From Octopus sinensis (lineage: Eukaryota), in assembly GCF_006345805.1 (NCBI RefSeq), contig NC_043012.1:47678001-47742000 (forward strand): a stretch of DNA of 64,000 nt. Reading direction: 5' to 3'. Below the pieces are notes generated by a model, which searched no databases, was not told where the DNA came from, and saw nothing but the letters and a program-made list of their open reading frames with translations. Positions 57,122 through 64,000 of the stretch are shown here, piece by piece. The position numbers and the translations under genes are program-made. Each line of letters opens with the position of its first letter. Positions within the stretch are counted from its first letter, which is position 1.

Positions 57122-57202
57122 CGTATCTCCAGTTGCTTCAGATACCAAGATATCAAAAATTCTCAAAACGTGGTACAACGGTTTTGCTATGGAATGGTGA
57201 AA
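57122..57202 (-). pseudogene. CATSPERG-like pseudo-exon (N-terminal)
   Basis: After AG reads FHHSIAKPLYHVLRIFDILVSEATGDT vs human [21 protein letters not shown]; no intact GT donor at the end. Confidence 0.55.
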
Positions 57203-57589
57203 CTATTTCTTTCGTTTTCTGAAAAAGTAATGTTCTGGACATACGACACTTTTGCACGATAGCAACGATATGTCGGTGCACATATACATATGCGTAGAAT
57301 TTTATAATTTTTTTGAGCCGTTAAATTTATTAATATGTAGAAAAAAGTAAACAATTGCTTAATGGTCATATTCTATGTTAATATACATATATTAGCCATA
57401 AATTTAATATGAATATATGAAGAATAACTACTAATAAATGTATTTGCAAAACATCAACTCAAATCATAAACTCATTTGCATACATGCATGCGTTTACACT
57501 TATATACATATATGTATTATATATACATACATACAAACATACATTCATATATACATACATACATACATGCTTACATACATAAGCTGCTC

Positions 57590-59110
57590 TGCAAAACTGT
57601 TTCCGATCGGAAACACAGAGCACTGTCTGTGTTTTCTGGCGAACTATACTAGCCAAATTCATGAACCTCACCTCTCGATAGGAAATGGAACAGAAGTAAG
57701 GCATTACAATATTCAAATTAATTGAAATCTAAAAAAAGAATTTGATAATAGCTCAAAAAAACATACAGGCCCAAAAAACCCCTGTTATAACGTTAGTTTC
57801 AATAATGTAGCAAAAATGATGTAAAACAGAGCAAGTATGATATATTTCAATGATATTCTCATGCAAGACACCAACAACTGGGAGCTTGAACACTGCCCTT
57901 CTGAATTACTTCAAAGACGCGATTTCCTGCTCCCAGTCAACTTCTGCAGCAGGTCAAGTGGAAATTCTTCCCAGTCTGTGTTTATTGCCATTTCAAGTTC
58001 ACCAACAGATGAATACTCCTTGCCTTCATTGCACACAACATTCGTGAGATATCCCCCATGCATTCTCTACAGGATTAAGGTCGGGACTTCTTGCTGGCCT
58101 TGGCATGACTTCAACCCCAATTGCATGGAGGAAATCCAAAGTTGCCCTTGTCTTATGGATAGTAGCATTGTCTTGTTCAAATGTTCAAAGTAACTTGCAG
58201 CATTCAAACATCCATCTATGATGACCAGTGGCAACGGCCTATTGGCAGATATTGATCCGGTCACCATAATACCTCCTCCGCTGTTCTGCCACTTGGAATA
58301 ATTAGAATTTTGTATATATTTATCTGCCCAGTAATATTTATAACCGTCAGAGAAATCGATACACCCTTGTTTTTCATCAGATATCAGCACACCGGGCCAT
58401 TCGCCATCCAATCTCTGATGCTGCCAAACAATCTAACAGCTTTGTTGGATGGGCACAATAACGGACGTCCCAGCTGCTTCTTCATGTGGAAATCATGGTT
58501 CAAAATCCCTTTTCTTACGGTGAATGTCGAGGTTTCTAATCCTGCTGATTCTTTGATTTCGGAAACAGAAAACAAGCCTGACTTCTTCACAGTTCTTACA
58601 ATGGCCCTTCCATCCCTTTCTGATGTAGCTTCGGGACGTCTACCAGCGGGAATTTTTGTCTAGTCGTCAGGATCTTTCAGATAACTATCCACTGGCGTTC
58701 TGCTTCACCGAATCGTCTTGGCAATCTTCAGGTTACACATTCCTTCCACTAGCGGAGCAAGAATCTTCCCTTGTTCAATTTCGGAAAACTTTGTAGCTTC
58801 AGGCATAGCGGAAATGTAATCTGGCTCACGGAGAATATGATTGAGTCGAATATTTACCGAAACAATCTGGAAAGAAATGAAAATGTATAATTGACTTTAT
58901 AGCTTTGAAATGTTGATATGCTAGGAAAACTTGCAAAATCAGTTGTTGTAATGTCTTAAGAGTGGTACCAGGTTTACATTTCAAAATATTCAAAATATTA
59001 TGTGTTTATGTGTATGTGTATTTCAATGAGAAGAATAAAAAGTAGAAATCAAAATAACTGATTTTCAAAATAACTTTAAAAAAGCATGTGGCTTATAGTT
59101 TTGAATAATG
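57590..59110 (-). mobile_element. Tc1/Tc3-like transposon fossil (DD34E)
   Basis: ATG at 58806 (MPEATKFSEIEQGKI), VLISDEKQ..DGYKYYW, GGGIMV and WPARSPDLNPVENAWG, with stops and frameshifts; TIRs degenerate, ends approximate. Confidence 0.88.
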
Positions 59111-60104
59111 TTTTACATATACATATTCCTATATTTATACTTATTTACACAGACAACAACAAATATATGTAGTGATCAGCAAAATATATGCCAGGAAAGA
59201 TCAGTCGTTAAATGTAATACAGAGATGATTTCCAAACCAAAGAATCACAAATAATTCTTCTCGCTGACAGCTGGATAAGATAACCGGAACTAATACTGTT
59301 CTTATGGATAGCACACCGAGTCCATATTGCTTCGGTTAGGCGCTTTCTGAGAAGGATGCTTCGAAAACATTTGGTTGTATGTTTTTAGATTATAGGCAGT
59401 GCATATTTAGAATCGATGCAAGAAAAGGAGTCTGCTTGAGATTAAAAATTGGCAGTAACATCGGTTTGTACGGAACAGCCATGCTGAAGTGGCGACAACC
59501 ATTGCTTCTCAGCTTATTTACTAAAAATCATCTCTAATAGAGATTTTCTAACTGCCATATTTGGAAAATTTTAAAAGATTTATCTCACCTTATAATGTTC
59601 CGATTGTTTTGATAAAACCGAATAAGTATTAAATTTGTTTCTAGGAAAACTTAAATGACTACAGAATAGAGAATATTGGAAACGTATTATTTTAAAAAAG
59701 GCAAAGGAAGCGCAGATAGGAACTTAAATGGAATTAGAATAGAAACGAAGGATGTAAGCAAATAGGAAGTGAGAGAGAGAAAGAAGAAAAACAAAAAAGA
59801 AATAGAAAAAAGAATGTAGATTAAGAGAAACAGAGGGGAAGAAAGAAGCAAGGAAAACAAAAAAGAAAGTAAGGAGAAAGTGGAGAAAGGAAGAAATGAA
59901 GAAAAAAGTCCTAGTCGTTATAACCAACACTTCCAAGTGGATGTGCTAATTAGTATTCTTCACAAAGATTATCACTAATTACTAATTATTATACATAGCC
60001 TGGGTGGGCTGTGCAGAAATTAGCAGCTCTTCCACATATTACTGACTGTTCAGCCAGTGTTAAACAATATCGGCTTAACTGATTTGGGGGCTGGTAGTCG
60101 GTGG

Positions 60105-60304
60105 TTAGCTGTCTGGAGCTGATGATCTGGAATTTACGGTGAAATCGTGCGATACAACAGTACTATTCGCCCAAGATGGCAAAATTTCCTCAGCCACTGT
60201 GATGTTTGTTGTTAACCAATTGTCATCTAAACGAAATGATTTGTAGGGGCGTTTACCGCCGTCTACTACGTTATAAGCCACGCTTACACGATAGGTTGAG
60301 TGTC
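60105..60304 (-). CDS. Probable last coding exon of the same gene
   Basis: T-rich acceptor ...attag|, GC-richer than its flanks, (G)HSTYRVSVAYNVVDGGKRPYKSFRLDDNWLTTNITVAEEILPSWANSTVVSHDFTVNSRSSAPDS*. Missed by the ORF track. An internal gtaaat donor after DFT is an alternative end. Confidence 0.65.
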
Positions 60305-61223
60305 CTAATTAATATAAAAAAAAATGTTTATCTTACTTTTGCTTTCTAAAGGAGAATGGATGTTGAATTTGCATTACCTCACTCGATGTTTAGTACACAG
60401 TTTTATTTAGTCATGGTAATGTCTACTCCGTAGATGTGTGTTTCTGCAATGTATGATAAATCAAGAAGGCATACATTTGTATCATTGAGTTTGCAGTCTT
60501 CTTCGGACAATTTGTTTCGCTTGCTTAAGTTTTCTATTGAGAGTTTTCTTTCAGTTTATTTATACTGAATAAATTTTTTTGACATTAAAATAAGTACTTG
60601 GGTAGATACGAGAGATTACATCATTGGAGGTGTTTTAGACCAATGACTGAAAAGAAGTGAAAGTATAAGAAATAGAAATATACACTGTTAGACAGAATCA
60701 GGCTTGCAAAGCGAACATCAGTTCCTTCTTTGTGTATTATACTGCATTAAGTAAATAGATACTTCTGTTATTAAAAGTGTCAGAACTTAAGCTATCTTCC
60801 ATCACTCAAATCTGATATCATGGCTTGGAATCGATTGAAGAAATGAAATCGTATCACTCTTCCTCCAACTGTCACAAAATAAGACCTTATATTGGTAATA
60901 TTTTGCATTTTATTTTGATTTCTATTTTTTCATTCATTTGCAAGAAGAAATTGTTTAAGCTCACTGGTATAAATTATTTCGCAGCATTTCCTCAAAGGTC
61001 TCTTGTTAATTTCAACTTATACTTCATATAATGGAATTACCATTACATTTTTGTTCCTTTCTCTCTCAATGAATCATTGCATGTGACGCAAAAACAAAAT
61101 GGTTGCCAAAATATACAAATTAAAAGGTCAGAGTGACCTACAACTGCTGTTCAACTTTGTTCATATTATTCTCTCGTCGTATGCAATTGTATAAGATTAT
61201 ATGCTATATGCGCATGCATGCAT

Positions 61224-61332
<109 letters not shown>

Positions 61333-62539
61333 TTGTGTATGTGTACTTCTATTCAAACGTTTATATAAGTGCGGATGTATTTGTGTATGTGTGCCTATAG
61401 TGCATCTTATTTTCATATTGTCATTTTTTCTATATTGGAAGCATAAATAGATTTTGCGCTTTTGATGCTAAAATATTGATTATCATGACCCTGAAGCCAA
61501 ACTTGTCATAAAAAAAAGAAATCCGATAATAAAAATGATAATAATATTATTAATAGAATTAAGTATATGTATAAAGAAATACATAATGTATATTCTCATT
61601 ATATATCCTTACTTATATACAGCCAACGATTATAAATTGCATGATGCATATGGCTTTTAGAATATGCATATACATTTTAGAGGAAATACAAAAAATAAAC
61701 GAGTTAAAAATGCTAAAAACTATATTTGTATATTTCAATGCTTGTGTGTATGTGTGGAGGTGTATTTGTGTACGTTTGTGTATGATAAAGATAAAGAAAA
61801 TGCGTTGTGTGTTTATGTGTATGTGTATTTCAATGAGAAGAATAAGTTTTGTGTCTGCACATCAATTACGATGGTCTCTTGAGAACACTGATACATATAC
61901 ATTCATCAATTAATAGAAAACATATGTAGATATTGATTTTTACACAAATATAAGCACAAGGATTCAGATTTACTGGGAAGGTTTGGGGATCAGATTTTAG
62001 TCTGTGATATACATGTTCTTTCAAAATCAATGACAATATAAGAAAACTGAAATAAATTCATCTTAGAAAAGGTCTTGTATTTAGTTCTCTAAATCTGTTT
62101 ATTGCCGTCTGGAACTGTAATGTTTCGATTAAAATTAAATGAGTACTAAAACCCGAGGAGTATTCTTACTGTCGAAAACCTGTAACTGGAATTAGTTTTA
62201 ATGGATGAAGTGTTTAGGAAAGCAAACATGTTTTCATTGAATCATGAGAGGGCCATTACCTGTTTCAACACATGAGTTCACATTAAGAATCTAAAAAGCC
62301 AAATACAAAAAGGGAAAGATAAAGATTTCATAGAAATTAGGAGTGGCCATGAGAGAAAATAAGTTCGAGTAGACGTATGCTATTTACAGTGGCATGTATG
62401 TTTGTGTTGGTTGTAGTGGATCCATTTGTTTAATAATCGGCATAACTCGCGCGTTGTTGATATACAAACAATCTGCCAAATATATGGATACAGGGAAAGA
62501 AAGACGTGTAGAAATATCTTAATACTTAATTTATTCATA

Positions 62540-63030
62540 TCAGGTCATCCCATAAGTTCTGTCCGATTTTGCCTTTTATAAAACTGAATGAAATTTAATA
62601 GTATTTTAGAATGTCTAATGGAATTAAAAAATATTTTTGTGCATTTGTGTACATTTAAACTAATTAAATATTATTTTAAGGAATAATCAAATTAAAATGT
62701 CTTTGATTAAAACACTTTCTAACATGGAAGTATCCAAAGAGCATTTGAGTACAAAAAAGGAAGCGACTCGAAACATACACTCAGTTTATGGAAAAGAATG
62801 CTTGAATGAAAGAACTTGCAGAAGATGGTTTGCAAAATTCAGAAGTAGAGAATGAAGATGAAGATCGAACAGGACGTCCAGTTGATTTTGATGATAAGCT
62901 CTTTGAGCCATTACTTGAAGAACATCCTGTATTGTCAGTTGAAAAATTGGCAATAAAGCTTAGTTCAAGCCATACAACTGTTCATCGTCGTTTTCAACAC
63001 ATATACGTAACTGTCGAACAAAGAGAATGA
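62540..63030 (+). mobile_element. Mariner 5' remnant (TIR and HTH region)
   Basis: TA + tcaggtcatcccataagttctgtccgatttt; decayed DEDRTGRPVDFDD...LAIKLSSSHTTVHRRF. A short related 5' end starts at 25609. Confidence 0.8.
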
Positions 63031-63199
63031 GTTATGAACACCACATTACTGGATAAAATGTCTTTATTTGTGAATTAAGGTTACCTTTCGTTCGTGTTAA
63101 GACAATATCTTAATATATTAAGTTTTTCAAGCCGATCATATGGAGGATTTGTTTTTATCTTCATTTAGTATGAAAACAGGATAGTTCTCGGAAATTCAC

Positions 63200-63321
63200 C
63201 ATAATGTCTCGTAAAGAAAGAAGAAATCAATGGGCGCAAGTCTTGAATGACAACTTTTGGGTGATTATCTCCCCTTGGTTTCACTTTTGAGAAGAAAATC
63301 TGTGCTGTATGATGAATTTGT
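63200..63321 (-). CDS. Internal coding exon of an unidentified gene (phase 2 to 1)
   Basis: ttgcag| 122 nt |gtgaat; the only open frame reads QIHHTAQIFFSKVKPRGDNHPKVVIQDLRPLISSFFTRHY(G); phase fits the exon at 60304. Confidence 0.6.
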
Positions 63322-63746
63322 CTGCAATATATTAAAATTTCATATGTCTCCATAGAATAAAGTTCACATCCATCTCTACTATTTTTATAAGGCTGTGCCT
63401 TTCTTATTATATCCCATTTTAGGTTAAATTCGATATTTTTTTCTTTCAGTTCCCAAATTTTACTGGTTCAAAATGTAATTTATAAATGTATAATAATGAC
63501 TTTAAATAATAGCTGTCTATATTTCGGATGTAATACTTACATTGTTTAACAAGATGAAGTAGCATGAAACAATTGTACTACTCTACCTCGGATATACTTG
63601 TTGCTTATTTTGATCGTAATCACCCCATTTGATTTATATGGAGAATACCATACAGAATTAAAACTTCTGGTGCCTTTGACTTAGGTACCATATTCATCTG
63701 AATCTAAATTTTGCTGAACTTATATATATATATATAGTTATATATA

Positions 63747-63870
63747 TTACTCTTTTTTACTCTTTTACTCTTTTACTTGTTTCAGTCATTTGACTGAGGC
63801 CATGCTGGAGCACCGCTTTTAGTCGAGAAAATCGACCCCAGGACTTATTCTTTGTAAGCCTAGTACTTAT
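63747..63870 (-). mobile_element. SINE family A, 3' fragment
   Basis: Tandem ttactcttt tail, then gccatgctggagcaccgc...tcgaccccaggacttattctttgtaagcctagtacttat. Confidence 0.85.
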
Positions 63871-64000
63871 GCTATTCGCTATGGATCTCAACACCGGATT
63901 GACGATGACTTTGGGAAATGGATAGAATTCTACAGATGCTAGATAGAATTTTGCAGGTGCCAGATCTGGCGAATAGGGCGGGAGCGGAAACGATATCCTG

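Noticed and set aside
60115-60155. CTGATGA...GAAA on the + strand resembling a hammerhead
   Set aside because: No stem I partner and no NUH cleavage triplet; it lies antisense within a coding exon.

Overview
AT-rich eukaryotic DNA full of (TA)n/(CA)n microsatellites; the repeat families look like those of an octopus genome (inference). Almost all ORF-track entries are microsatellite artefacts. Two main signals were found. (1) About 13 decayed exon-like segments on the minus strand (~57.4 kb down to ~4.76 kb) align in order, by eye, with the CatSper-gamma (CATSPERG) protein and carry stops and frameshifts, suggesting a ~52 kb intron-containing CATSPERG pseudogene. (2) Many short Penelope-type insertions sit inside (TA)n tracts, often as fold-back inverted repeats, and carry minimal type I hammerhead ribozymes with recurring non-canonical core features. 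Also present: two intact, phase-compatible exons of an unidentified minus-strand gene (63.3 and 60.3 kb), three tRNA-derived SINE families, mariner, Tc3-like and Chapaev3-like DNA transposon fossils, and RTE/CR1-like LINE fragments. All protein alignments were made by eye against sequences recalled from memory and need computational confirmation.
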